Assembly: GCA_964344595.1 (NCBI GenBank)
Contig: CAYFNV010000003.1
Span: forward strand, 117,032-181,031
DNA from: an uncultured Nitrospina sp.
Lineage (GTDB): Bacteria; Nitrospinota; Nitrospinia; Nitrospinales; VA-1
Direction: 5' to 3'
DNA length: 64,000 bases
Shown here: positions 17,191 through 26,930 of the stretch, piece by piece
Layout: each line of letters begins with the position of its first letter
Position numbering within the stretch: position 1 is the stretch's first letter
Made by a program: the position numbers and the translations under genes
The notes under the pieces: generated by a model
What the model saw: the letters and a program-made list of their open reading frames with translations, nothing else
Told to the model about the DNA's origin: nothing
Database searches by the model: none

Positions 17191-17854
17191 CAGACTTGAC
17201 GGTTAGCTTAGGATGCAACTGCTGGCGCAGTTGGGTCTGGATGTATTGCAGGGTTCCGCTGGTGGAGGTGGGGCAACTGCCGCAGGCACCCTGGTAATGG
17301 ATGCTGACTTCGTCCCCTTTGATGCCTTTAAGTTCCACACCACCGCCATCCGCCGCGAGATTGGATCGGATCGAACGGTTGAGCACCATTTCGATGCCTT
17401 GAAGTTTTTTCTCGTCATTGAGTTTCTCAAAGTTGACAACATCGACATCGCTCAACTGCACTTTGCCTTCGGCTTGATAGACAATCACGTTTTCTTCGAT
17501 GGATTTCCAAACCCGGTCCTTGAGGGGAACCCAGCTTGTCTTATCGTCTTTGGTCACGGTGATAAAATTGTCCATGACGAACACGCTGATCACACCGGGT
17601 TTTTCAAACACGGCTTTGGCCATTTTGTCGCCTTCTGCTTCTTTCTTGCTGGCAAAAGAAATGTTGCCGTTATCGAGAATCACCGCGTTGATGACAAACT
17701 GCAGGGCATTAGGATTCGGCGTCTCTTTCGTGCGGACGACCTTCAAGGCCTTCTTGAGGTTAGGATTCGCCTTCGGTTTCGGCTTAGGTTTGTTAGCCGT
17801 GGCGTTTTTTTCTTTCAATTTTGCCTGGATAGCCAGGATCTCGCTGATCTTCAC
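17186..17854 (-). CDS. Nfu/NifU-like Fe-S cluster assembly/delivery protein (Nfu_N + NifU C-terminal domain)
   Basis: C-terminal GACGSCPTS CxxC motif; N-terminal Nfu_N-like domain (ALQFVINAVILDNG...ITVTKDD). Confidence 0.8.
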   Translation of the reverse strand: MKISEILAIQAKLKEKNATANKPKPKPKANPNLKKALKVVRTKETPNPNALQFVINAVILDNGNISFASKKEAEGDKMAKAVFEKPGVISVFVMDNFITVTKDDKTSWVPLKDRVWKSIEENVIVYQAEGKVQLSDVDVVNFEKLNDEKKLQGIEMVLNRSIRSNLAADGGGVELKGIKGDEVSIHYQGACGSCPTSTSGTLQYIQTQLRQQLHPKLTVKSV

Positions 17855-17932
17855 AACAATGGAACTTTCAATATTAAAAGGATGGCAACTATCTTAAACC
17901 ATTCAAACCTGGGAACCAAACACTATCTCGAA

Positions 17933-19657
17933 TCACTCGGCGTTGGAAGGAACATCTGCAATTGAACCCACCGCAACCCGGTGCCCTTTAAGAGACTGCA
18001 TAGCCTCGTAAGCGACAAACACCGCCAGTCCGACTAGCACCACAGCCGTTAGACCCAGAAACAAATTGGGTTCCGGTGCGCTGAAAAACTGCCAGGCCTG
18101 CCAGCTTAACGCCGCGATGGTGGTCACCACCATGAACAGGGCCGGATAAAGCACATATTGAGTGGGCCGTTTGACCGCCATCAACCAGGTAGCCACCACA
18201 AACAGGGCTACCGCCGCAATGAGCTGGTTGGTCGCGCCAAATATGGGCCAGATTTTTTGCCAGCCATCGGTCGCCCCTATCAGGTAAGCGGCAAACACTA
18301 CAGTGACCGTTACCATATATTTATCACGGAACACTGGCACGTGTTGTCCCAACGCTTCCTGAACCAGGAAGCGTGTGATGCGCACTGCCGTATCGAGGGT
18401 GGTCAGCACAAAGGTATTCAGTGCCAGCACGGCTATCATGGATGCAAACGTGAAACCCAGAACAGGCAACATATGATTTACTACGTTGCCGTATCCATTT
18501 CCGAATGCCAGAATCCATCCGCCCGATTGCAGGGTTTCACGGAACCCGAGCTTTGCCATATCGATTCCCCCACCTTCGGGAGCGACCCAATAGAGCCCAC
18601 CGCCAACCATGAGGACGGTAACGACCGCTACCACCCCTTCGGTGAGCATTCCGCCATAGGCAATGGCCCTGCCCTGGGTTTCATCCGCAAGTTGTTTTGA
18701 AGTGGTTCCGCCCGCAACCAGAGAATGGAAACCGGATATCGCACCGCAGGCCACCAGCACAAACAACATCGGCCAGACCGGCCCCTGTACTTCAGACATT
18801 GCACCCCGCCATGCGGGAGTGTTCAGTCCCGGCGCCACCACTAACAAGGCGATGATGCCAAGCGTCATGGAACCGAACAAGATAAAGGTAGACAGGTAAT
18901 CGCGTGGTTGCAGGAGTGTTTGCACCGGCATGATCGATGCCACCCCGGCATAGACCATCAACACGACAAACCAGAACATCAGTGGGGAGAGTCCCATCAC
19001 CCCTCCATCCGGCAAGGGAAGAGGGATTTTGAATCCGATATAAATATTCACGATGACCGCAAGGACCGCCACAGCAGAAGCGATCTTGAGACTGAAATTC
19101 TTTTTATAAATACACCAGCCGAGGATCATCGAAACGGGAATGATTGCAAACGTGGGGAAAACCATCTCCGGTTGCGCGATGAGTGTCTTGGCCGCCACCA
19201 CACCAAACACAGCGATGACCAGCAACATTGCCAGTATGAGAAAAATGGCGAATACCGCTTTGGCCCGGTATCCCATGGTGGTTTCAGCGATATCGGCGAT
19301 GGAGCTACCTCGATTGCGCACCGAGACCATGAGAGTCAGGTAGTCATGAACCGCACCGATGAACACACTGCCCAGCACTATCCATACTAACGTGATTGCC
19401 CAGCCAAAATGGTGCATGGCAATGATCGGTCCAATGACCGGTCCAGCACCGGCAATAGACGCAAAGTTATGCCCGAACAGTACCAGCGGTTTGCTGGGCA
19501 CATAATCCACTCCATCGTTTTGTTTTATTGCGGGGGTTTCACGGGCAGATTCCGGGTGAACGAGTTCCCGGTCCAAACGTTGTGCGTAACCCCTGAAGCC
19601 CACGAAATAAAAAAACAGGCAGGCTGAAACCAGTATGACAATGGTCAACATGGACAC
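17933..19657 (-). CDS. cstA: carbon starvation protein CstA family transporter
   Basis: FGHNFASIAGAGPVIGP motif; polytopic; 574 aa. Confidence 0.9.
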   Translation of the reverse strand: MSMLTIVILVSACLFFYFVGFRGYAQRLDRELVHPESARETPAIKQNDGVDYVPSKPLVLFGHNFASIAGAGPVIGPIIAMHHFGWAITLVWIVLGSVFIGAVHDYLTLMVSVRNRGSSIADIAETTMGYRAKAVFAIFLILAMLLVIAVFGVVAAKTLIAQPEMVFPTFAIIPVSMILGWCIYKKNFSLKIASAVAVLAVIVNIYIGFKIPLPLPDGGVMGLSPLMFWFVVLMVYAGVASIMPVQTLLQPRDYLSTFILFGSMTLGIIALLVVAPGLNTPAWRGAMSEVQGPVWPMLFVLVACGAISGFHSLVAGGTTSKQLADETQGRAIAYGGMLTEGVVAVVTVLMVGGGLYWVAPEGGGIDMAKLGFRETLQSGGWILAFGNGYGNVVNHMLPVLGFTFASMIAVLALNTFVLTTLDTAVRITRFLVQEALGQHVPVFRDKYMVTVTVVFAAYLIGATDGWQKIWPIFGATNQLIAAVALFVVATWLMAVKRPTQYVLYPALFMVVTTIAALSWQAWQFFSAPEPNLFLGLTAVVLVGLAVFVAYEAMQSLKGHRVAVGSIADVPSNAE

Positions 19658-19736
19658 ATCCTGATAAAGTTAGACTAGTCTTCTTTATTATATCAAAGAG
19701 TGGGTAAGGATAAGAAGGTTTTGTCCCGGTACCAGG

Positions 19737-21023
19737 CTAGAACAAAGAATCGCGCAGAATGGTTTGTTCCCGGTCCGGCCCGGTGGAGATCAGCATGAAC
19801 GGTGTTTCAACAAGATCGCTCAACCGGGCGATATAATCCCTGGCGTTTTGGGGAAGCTTGTCGAAGTCCTGCACACCGGCTGTGCTCTCTTCCCAACCGT
19901 CAAACTCGACATAGTCAGGTTCACAATTTGCCAGGACTTCAGGGTCAGCGGGCATATCTGAAAAAACTTTTCCTTTGTATTTATAACCGGTGCAAACCTT
20001 GATTGTTTTGAATCCATCCAGGACATCAACTTTAGTAAGGAGCAACGCGTCAACACCATTGAGTTGAATACCGTATCTGGCGACCACCGCATCAAACCAA
20101 CCACAACGGCGGGGCCTGCCAGTTGTTGCGCCAAACTCATGCCCCACTTTACCGAGACGTTCACCGTCCTCATCCGACAATTCGGTGGGGAACGGGCCTT
20201 CACCAACTCTTGTGGTATAAGCCTTGATCACGCCCAGCACACGATCCACTTTCGTGGGTGGAATCCCCAAGCCTGTACATGCTCCTCCCACCGTTGAGTT
20301 GGAAGATGTCACAAATGGATAAGTACCATGGTCCACATCCAGCATGGTGCCCTGCGCGCCTTCGCATAAAATGTTTTTCCCATTCGCTATCTGGTCTCGC
20401 ATGAGGACATGGGTATCGGTAATGTATTTCAAGATGGTTTCGCGATAGCCCATCAGTTCGTCCAGTAAACTGTTAAATTCTGGCAATTCGGTACCATACA
20501 GGCTTTTTAAAATCTTTTGCTTTTCTTCATAATTGGCCCGCAACCGTTCAGACAGATAACCTTCATCCCGAAGATCACAGATCCTGATTCCCGCCCGGGC
20601 GATTTTATCAGCATAGGAAGGGCCAATGCCCCTCCCCGTTGTGCCAATTTTCTGGAATCCGCTTCCACTCTCCCGGCTTTTGTCGCTGGTGCCATGATAA
20701 GGCATGATGATATTTGCCCGGTCACTGATGACCAGTCTACCTTGCAGTTCAATACCGGTTTCTTCCAACAGGTGCATTTCATCTACCAAAGCCTTAGGGT
20801 CCACCACGACTCCGTTGCCGATCACACATAATTTGTCTTCATGGAAAATTCCGGAAGGAATAAGATGCAGAACAAATTGTTTCTCATTGAAACAAATTGT
20901 ATGTCCGGCGTTATGGCCCCCCTGATACCGGGCCACCACCTCGACATTTTCAGCCAGCAGGTCGATGATCTTCCCTTTTCCCTCATCACCCCACTGCATT
21001 CCCACCACTACCGCAACCGGCAT
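19737..21023 (-). CDS. purA: adenylosuccinate synthase
   Basis: QWGDEGKGK P-loop, GTTGRGIGP, 428 aa. Confidence 0.95.
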   Translation of the reverse strand: MPVAVVVGMQWGDEGKGKIIDLLAENVEVVARYQGGHNAGHTICFNEKQFVLHLIPSGIFHEDKLCVIGNGVVVDPKALVDEMHLLEETGIELQGRLVISDRANIIMPYHGTSDKSRESGSGFQKIGTTGRGIGPSYADKIARAGIRICDLRDEGYLSERLRANYEEKQKILKSLYGTELPEFNSLLDELMGYRETILKYITDTHVLMRDQIANGKNILCEGAQGTMLDVDHGTYPFVTSSNSTVGGACTGLGIPPTKVDRVLGVIKAYTTRVGEGPFPTELSDEDGERLGKVGHEFGATTGRPRRCGWFDAVVARYGIQLNGVDALLLTKVDVLDGFKTIKVCTGYKYKGKVFSDMPADPEVLANCEPDYVEFDGWEESTAGVQDFDKLPQNARDYIARLSDLVETPFMLISTGPDREQTILRDSLF

Positions 21024-21093
21024 AGAACCCTCTTAAGATAAAAAAACAGATTAAATTTGCGCCCAGCGGGCTATTATCCTCACCCACCCCCAT

Positions 21094-21164
21094 CTTGTCA
21101 ACTGCTAGGCGTGGAGCCAATGAGCAATGACTAATTTTGTATGAAAATGGCTGTCTCGGCTTAA
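21094..21164 (-). repeat. copy 5 of the ~70-nt repeat family (inverted relative to the others)
   Basis: The reverse complement reads ttaagccgagacagcc...(32-nt offset)...agtcattgctcat...ccacgcctag. Confidence 0.6.
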
Positions 21165-21230
21165 TTTATCATTGCCCAATACATTCAAGGCTGTTTATTT
21201 CATGGAGAGGGACCAACGGATGAATTCCTT

Positions 21231-21305
21231 TTCAGCCGAGAAAACCCGTTGCTACCCAATGAAGCTATTGCAGTTGAACCCAGCGCCACGCTGGCTAGTG
21301 ACGGA
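21231..21305 (+). repeat. copy 3 of the ~70-nt repeat family
   Basis: ttcagccgaga at 21231; agctattgcagt at 21263; hairpin CCAGCG-cca-CGCTGG; then ggctagtgacgga, identical to the ykgJ-like gene end. Confidence 0.75.
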
Positions 21306-21336
21306 GTAACCTCCGCTGGCAATTAGTCATAGCTTT

Positions 21337-21403
21337 TTCAGCGAGAAAAGTTTCTGATAGCTCTTCAAAGCTATTGCAAGTAGCCTTCACGGCTAGTGAC
21401 GGA
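21337..21403 (+). repeat. copy 4 of the ~70-nt repeat family (tandem to copy 3); contains the stop codon of the YkgJ-like gene
   Basis: ttcagcgaga at 21337; agctattgcaagt at 21369; ggctagtgacgga at 21391-21403. Confidence 0.7.
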
Positions 21404-21803
21404 ATTTTTTCAGGAAGGATTTTATGGTTTCCAAAGGAACCATGGGGCCAATATCGATACCGGGACAAAACCCGCCAACAAGTTTCCACATGAGTTTGGA
21501 GTCCAAATTCTCTTTCCAGAACGGGTAGGTGGAGCATTGTTTCGGTTTGCCTTCATGGATGCCGCATCCCTGATCGGTCAAAAATGTGCAGGGTTCGCCC
21601 ACTTCCCCGACTTCGAGAACCCATTCGCCGTCATCGCGGGTGAGGTAGGTTTTCTTAAATTCCGCCGGAGAGATTTCAAGAACATCGGCCGCGTTGCGGA
21701 TATCTGAACGGTCAAAATGCACGATCCCCGGTTTGATACAACATTTGAAACAATCGGGTTGGCATTCAAACCGCAATGGTTCTTTTTCCCACCATTTACC
21801 CAT
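21393..21803 (-). CDS. YkgJ-family cysteine-cluster (CxxCxxCC) protein
   Basis: ECQPDCFKCCIKPG motif plus a second Cys group (CTFLTDQGCGIH). Confidence 0.75.
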   Translation of the reverse strand: MGKWWEKEPLRFECQPDCFKCCIKPGIVHFDRSDIRNAADVLEISPAEFKKTYLTRDDGEWVLEVGEVGEPCTFLTDQGCGIHEGKPKQCSTYPFWKENLDSKLMWKLVGGFCPGIDIGPMVPLETIKSFLKKFRH

Positions 21804-21899
21804 ACGGAGTACCTCCGTTAGTAATTGGTATTATATTTTTCTGCTAGCAAACGGACTCTGGGCTTAACGGAGTTAATTCGTGCATGCACAGTTAGTAGG

Positions 21900-23063
21900 T
21901 TAGAACACCACCATATCGTCACGATGGATCACTTCTTCGTAATAGGATTCACCCATCAGATTCCGCACGGCAGAAGTTTTCATGCCTTTAATCTGTTCAA
22001 GGTCACGGGAGTTATAGTTGACCAGTCCTCGTCCGATTTCTTTACCGGTCTCATCAATGAGAGTCAGGGCACTGCCAAACTCAAACTTTCCTTTTACCTT
22101 CACCAGTCCTGCGGGGAGCAGGCTTTTTCCCCTTTCTACCAAAGCGTTTCGTGCGCCCTCATCGATGGTCAGTGTTCCTGCAGGTTTCAGGGTATGGGCG
22201 ATCCAATGCTTTCGATCACGAATCTTTCCTTTTCCTGACCAGAATAATGTTCCCACTTCTTTACCGGCAAAAATCTTCTCTATGACCTTTTCATCAAGAC
22301 CATTGACGACCAAAGCAGGAATTCCAAAGCTCATGGTTTTTTTAGCGGCCAGAACCTTGGTGAGCATTCCTCCCACTGTCAGTCGGTTATTGCTTTTCCC
22401 GGCTATTTTTTCGATACCCTCATTGACTTTGGCAATATGAGAAATCAACTGCGCTTTCTCTCCCCTTGAGCCTGCTTTTTTTGATGGGTCTTTGTCATAC
22501 AATCCTTCTACATCAGAAAGAATAATTAACAGTTGCGCATCCACCAGGCAGGCCACCGTTGCAGAAAGGGTGTCGTTGTCGCCTATTTTAATCTCTTCAA
22601 CAGTCACCGAATCATTTTCATTGATAATTGGGACAACGCCCTTTTCCAGAAGTGCCTCTATGGTGTGCTTGGCATTCAGGTAACGTGTGCGGTTTTTAAG
22701 GTCCTCGTGGCTCAAAAGAATCTGCGCCACCTTCAGTTCTTTTTTTTCAAAAGCCTTCTCATAGGTATGCATCAGGAAGCTCTGGCCAATAGCAGCGCAG
22801 GCCTGTTTTTCAGGAATAGTCAAATCAGCACGACCAAATTCCAAACGTTCCCTCCCGGCCATAATGGCTCCAGATGAGACCAATACAACATTAAAACCTT
22901 TATCGCGGATGAACTTTATTTTACGGGCATAATGACGTACCCAGTCCTTACTCAGTCCACATTCCAGTGATGATCGACCTTTATCCCGATTGGAAATAAC
23001 ACTGCTTCCAATCTTGACGACCACGGTTTTTATATTGTTTATAATTTCTTTACGCATATTCAT
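21900..23063 (-). CDS. proB: glutamate 5-kinase (with C-terminal PUA domain)
   Basis: VVKIGSSVI N-terminus, amino-acid kinase fold, PUA-like tail (TLTIDEGARNALVERGKSLLPAG). Confidence 0.9.
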   Translation of the reverse strand: MNMRKEIINNIKTVVVKIGSSVISNRDKGRSSLECGLSKDWVRHYARKIKFIRDKGFNVVLVSSGAIMAGRERLEFGRADLTIPEKQACAAIGQSFLMHTYEKAFEKKELKVAQILLSHEDLKNRTRYLNAKHTIEALLEKGVVPIINENDSVTVEEIKIGDNDTLSATVACLVDAQLLIILSDVEGLYDKDPSKKAGSRGEKAQLISHIAKVNEGIEKIAGKSNNRLTVGGMLTKVLAAKKTMSFGIPALVVNGLDEKVIEKIFAGKEVGTLFWSGKGKIRDRKHWIAHTLKPAGTLTIDEGARNALVERGKSLLPAGLVKVKGKFEFGSALTLIDETGKEIGRGLVNYNSRDLEQIKGMKTSAVRNLMGESYYEEVIHRDDMVVF

Positions 23064-23136
23064 ATTGACGGGATGTTACTGAGTTTTTCGGATAAAAAAT
23101 CCGCAGGGGAAAATGTAACCTAAAATTCCACCGGTG

Positions 23137-24021
23137 TCATGGTCTATTGTTGGAGTTTTTCAGAGTTTCATTGATAAATCGGCTTAAAGCATCAAAATAG
23201 CCTGTTCCACCCATGATATACGTATCATTATGCCCGGCTCCTTCAATCGGGTAAAAGATTTTAGGTTCAGCAGCCTGTTCAAACAATTTTCGCCCCAGGT
23301 CATAAGGGACAATTTCATCGCGTGTACCATGTAAGAATAACTTGGCAAGTTTCAGGTGGGGAACTTTTGAGGCAGCATCCAGTCTGGATCGAATTGCCCA
23401 ACCAAGAGGAATAAGCGGAACAACCTGTCTGGACATATCGGCAGAATTCGTGAAGACAGATTCCAGAATTAATCCTCTGGCAGGATGATTCATCGCCGTT
23501 TCAACGGCACAAATGCCACCTAGAGAACGACCGAAAAGAAACAGGGAGTCAACAGACACACCTTCCATCTCAAGCACTTTATTATAAGCTGCTCGTGAAT
23601 CCTTATAAACTCCTTCTTCATCAGGGGTGCCTTCGCTCTTTCCATAACCACGATAATCGAAAATAAAAATATTCAGTTTGAGAGGTTTAAGACGGTGGAT
23701 GTTATCCAGCCGGTGACTGAGGTTTCCGGCATTACCGTGAAACCATAGCATGGTGGCAACTGCCTTGGGAGCTGGGATAAACCAGCCGTGCAGTTTTACT
23801 CCATCTTCTGCATTAAAAAATATGTCCTGCGCTGGAATTCCTGTAGAAACCGGGTCCCAGAATCCTTCCGGGAAACGGGCCGGGTGAAAAATGATTTTAT
23901 TTTCAAAAAGGAGCAAGATTGCCAGATAAACCAGCACACCGAAAATCAGCAGTCCGGCAGACTGAGTCCACGTCACCTTATTCGTCCGGGGTAAAATGAG
24001 CGAAGTACCTCCACCTTGCAA
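23137..24021 (-). CDS. alpha/beta hydrolase, N-terminally membrane-anchored
   Basis: GRSLGG nucleophile elbow; HG oxyanion motif (WFHGNAGN); C-terminal GAGHND. TTG start. Confidence 0.75.
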   Translation of the reverse strand: MQGGGTSLILPRTNKVTWTQSAGLLIFGVLVYLAILLLFENKIIFHPARFPEGFWDPVSTGIPAQDIFFNAEDGVKLHGWFIPAPKAVATMLWFHGNAGNLSHRLDNIHRLKPLKLNIFIFDYRGYGKSEGTPDEEGVYKDSRAAYNKVLEMEGVSVDSLFLFGRSLGGICAVETAMNHPARGLILESVFTNSADMSRQVVPLIPLGWAIRSRLDAASKVPHLKLAKLFLHGTRDEIVPYDLGRKLFEQAAEPKIFYPIEGAGHNDTYIMGGTGYFDALSRFINETLKNSNNRP

Positions 24022-24084
24022 TATCTTTATATTGCGAGCATAAATTTACTTGGCATAACGAGTTAACACTAAAAGCTTCCACAA

Positions 24085-25377
24085 CTATTGGTCAATTTTA
24101 GAAACTTTGATTTTCAGACCTTCCACCGAATCGATCCGAACCATCTCTCCCTCGTCAACCTGGGTATCAGATTCCGCCTCCCACAACTCTCCATGGACCA
24201 GAACACTGCCATGCAGGTTAAGGGATTCTTTAACCAGGCCGGTTTCACCTATCATCCCTTCCATACCACCAAGTTTCTTGAGACTTCTTGTGCGGGTAGC
24301 AAAAACAACTATGCCAATTGACAGAACAATTGTCAGTCCCAATGTAGGGTAAAGAATTGCCTGCGAAATTTGCATAGCTGGATCTTCACTGTCAATCAGC
24401 ATGGTGGATCCAAGAAAAATCGATATCACCCCGGACACAGATAGCAGCCCGTAACTCATAACGTTGATTTCAGCTATAAATAAAATCACTCCAAGAAGAA
24501 TCAGTAACAACCCTGCATAGTTGATTGGCAAGGTCTGCATTGCATAGAGGGCAAGAATGAGGCTGATGGCACCGATCACCCCAGGGAGAATCAACCCTGG
24601 GTTGGACAACTCAAAATACAGGCCTACCATTCCAACCATCATGAGTATATATGCTATGTTCGGGTTGGAAATGATATCCAGCATTTTTTGCCTTGGGTTC
24701 ATTTCATGGTAAATGATTTCCAGGTTTCCGGTTTTGAGCGTGACAGGCCCAGTAACCACCTGCACTTTTCTTCCATCCACAGCCATCACCAGTGCTTTCA
24801 CATTATTGGCCACAAGATCGATGACGTTAAGCTTCAAAGCCTCTTCCGCCGAAATCGAAACGCTATTGACTACAGCCAGTTCAGCCCAATGCGCATTACG
24901 CTTTCTATGCTCTGCCAGAGAACGGATGTAGGCGGCAGCATCGTTGACAACCTTTTTCTCCATAGTCTTCGCCTGTTCACTTTCACCTCCCCCACCCATC
25001 ATATTCACTGGATGTGCTGCGCCAATATTGGTGCCCGGTGCCATGGCGGCGATATGGGATGCTATGGTGATAAACGTCCCGGCTGAAGCGGCCCGTGATC
25101 CGCTCGGTGCTACAAATGAAACTACCGGCACCTCAGACTTTTGGATTTTTTTGATAATCTGCCGCATGGAAGTGTCCAGACCTCCTGGTGTGTCCATGTG
25201 CAAAACGACCAACGCATCCTCTTCAGCATTGGCCTGGCTGATTTCATGGGAAACATATTCAGAGACTGCAGGATTGATGGCCCCGGATATTTTGACAACA
25301 ACCACACGGTCTTTGGAGTAGGCGGGAGAAACAACCAGAAACAAAATCAGCAATAGAAAACCAATTTGTTTATTCAT
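24085..25377 (-). CDS. NfeD-family membrane-bound ClpP-class serine protease
   Basis: Signal peptide, ClpP-like domain, 4-5 TM block, and a C-terminal OB-fold tail (VLVHGELWEAESD...VRIDSVEGLKIKV). Confidence 0.8.
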   Translation of the reverse strand: MNKQIGFLLLILFLVVSPAYSKDRVVVVKISGAINPAVSEYVSHEISQANAEEDALVVLHMDTPGGLDTSMRQIIKKIQKSEVPVVSFVAPSGSRAASAGTFITIASHIAAMAPGTNIGAAHPVNMMGGGGESEQAKTMEKKVVNDAAAYIRSLAEHRKRNAHWAELAVVNSVSISAEEALKLNVIDLVANNVKALVMAVDGRKVQVVTGPVTLKTGNLEIIYHEMNPRQKMLDIISNPNIAYILMMVGMVGLYFELSNPGLILPGVIGAISLILALYAMQTLPINYAGLLLILLGVILFIAEINVMSYGLLSVSGVISIFLGSTMLIDSEDPAMQISQAILYPTLGLTIVLSIGIVVFATRTRSLKKLGGMEGMIGETGLVKESLNLHGSVLVHGELWEAESDTQVDEGEMVRIDSVEGLKIKVSKIDQ

Positions 25378-25542
25378 CAGGATGACCAGAGAGTTTTCCG
25401 TTCATATCGATATAATATTGTTCCATAAGGGAATGAATAAAGCAAACCACGCATCTCAACAGCTTCTGATTTTATGGTGCCAGCACTATATTTAATGTTA
25501 AACTTGATGGAAAGTATATGATTTCAATATCAGGACGGCTTT

Positions 25543-25989
25543 ATGGATTACAAGACGATTTTCATCGTTGACCCTGTCAGAAGTGAGCGGATACAGATGG
25601 CAAAATTTCTCAGCGAAGAAATTTTTACTATCATTACATTTGTTTCCCCAAATGATTGTTTCAAAAAAACCGATCTTATTTGTTGCGACCTGATGGTGTT
25701 TGTCCCACGTAAGGAAAAAAACGAAATCAAACATCTGGTGAATATAAAAAAGAAGTTCCGGGTTACTCCTGTAATTTTTCTTCTGACTAATGATTTCCCT
25801 GATATCAATCTTGCAGAAGTTAAAGAATATGGGTTTCCCAACGTATACAAAGCCAGTAACAATGAAAAGGTGCGCGAAATTATGCTGGGGCTTCTTGCTG
25901 AAGAAGGACTGCCTCCTCGAACAGAAGTTCCCCATCCTGTTCCCATCTCTAAAGAAGTGCAAAACGCCCTTTCAACGAGGCCTGAATGA
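25543..25989 (+). CDS. divergent single-domain receiver (CheY-like) protein
   Basis: IFIVDP beta1; candidate acceptor Asp in CCDLMVFV; T in FLLTND; K in NVYKAS. Only one Asp is present in the acidic pocket. The stop overlaps the kdsA ATG (ATGA). Confidence 0.5.
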   Translation: MDYKTIFIVDPVRSERIQMAKFLSEEIFTIITFVSPNDCFKKTDLICCDLMVFVPRKEKNEIKHLVNIKKKFRVTPVIFLLTNDFPDINLAEVKEYGFPNVYKASNNEKVREIMLGLLAEEGLPPRTEVPHPVPISKEVQNALSTRPE

Positions 25990-26858
25990 GCAATACACCT
26001 AAAACCACCAACACTGTTTCTACAGGTGCCTTCAGCATAGGAGGTGAGAATTCTTTAGCCTTGATAGCCGGACCTTGCGTGATTGAGTCTGAAAAAGGTG
26101 TAATGAATATTGCTGAGAAACTGAAACGCATTACCGAAGACTTAAATGTCCCTTTTATTTTTAAAGCTTCCTACGATAAAGCCAACCGTTCCTCCATTAA
26201 ATCATTTCGCGGCCCAGGATTGATAGAAGGATTAAAAATACTGCAAAAGATAAAGTCCGATCTGGGCATTCCAATTTTATCTGATGTTCATAAGGAAGAG
26301 GAAGTCGAGCCCGCAGCTGAAGTGCTTGATGTTTTGCAGATCCCGGCTTTTCTTTGCCGGCAAACTGACCTTCTGGTGAAAGCCGCTGGCACAGGCAAAC
26401 CTGTCAATGTTAAAAAGGGACAGTTCATGGCTCCCTGGGACATGAAAAATGTGGTTAACAAACTTGAAGAAAGCGGCAACAAAAATATACTGCTTACAGA
26501 ACGGGGAGCGACCTTTGGTTATAACAACCTTGTAGTAGACATGCGCTCCCTTGTTTTAATGCGGGAATATGGTTATCCAGTAGTGTTCGACTCCACCCAC
26601 AGCTTGCAGCAACCTGGAGGTCAGGGTACCTGCAGCGGAGGGCAGAGGGAAATGATTCCCGACCTGGCCCGTGGGGCGGTTGGAGTTGGCTGCGATGCCC
26701 TGTTCATGGAGACCCATCCGGATCCTGATCAGGCGTTATCCGATGGGCCTAATATGCTGAAACTGGAATTGCTTCCTGAACTTTTGGAGCAATTGATCAC
26801 TCTGGACCAGGTGGTACGAGGCAAGGAGCATATGCCTCTCGGCAGAGGTTCCAGATAG
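25986..26858 (+). CDS. kdsA: 3-deoxy-8-phosphooctulonate (KDO8P) synthase
   Basis: [29 protein letters not shown] motifs. Confidence 0.95.
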   Translation: MSNTPKTTNTVSTGAFSIGGENSLALIAGPCVIESEKGVMNIAEKLKRITEDLNVPFIFKASYDKANRSSIKSFRGPGLIEGLKILQKIKSDLGIPILSDVHKEEEVEPAAEVLDVLQIPAFLCRQTDLLVKAAGTGKPVNVKKGQFMAPWDMKNVVNKLEESGNKNILLTERGATFGYNNLVVDMRSLVLMREYGYPVVFDSTHSLQQPGGQGTCSGGQREMIPDLARGAVGVGCDALFMETHPDPDQALSDGPNMLKLELLPELLEQLITLDQVVRGKEHMPLGRGSR

Positions 26859-26930
26859 CATTGAGATCAACATACTGAAACTTGTCTAGTTGAAAAAAGT
26901 ACCCCTACGACAAATAGCGGAGGAAGAATA

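Noticed and set aside
17213-17965. 250-aa plus-strand ORF antisense to the Nfu gene and the end of cstA
   Set aside because: The opposite strand encodes a protein with clear Nfu_N and NifU CxxC motifs. The antisense product is low-complexity (runs of G/A/R/F) with no motif, so it is a typical shadow ORF.
21295-21537. 80-aa minus-strand ORF overlapping the ykgJ-like gene out of frame
   Set aside because: It exists only because the repeat duplication recreates the RH-stop gene end 98 nt downstream. It overlaps the better-supported YkgJ-like frame.
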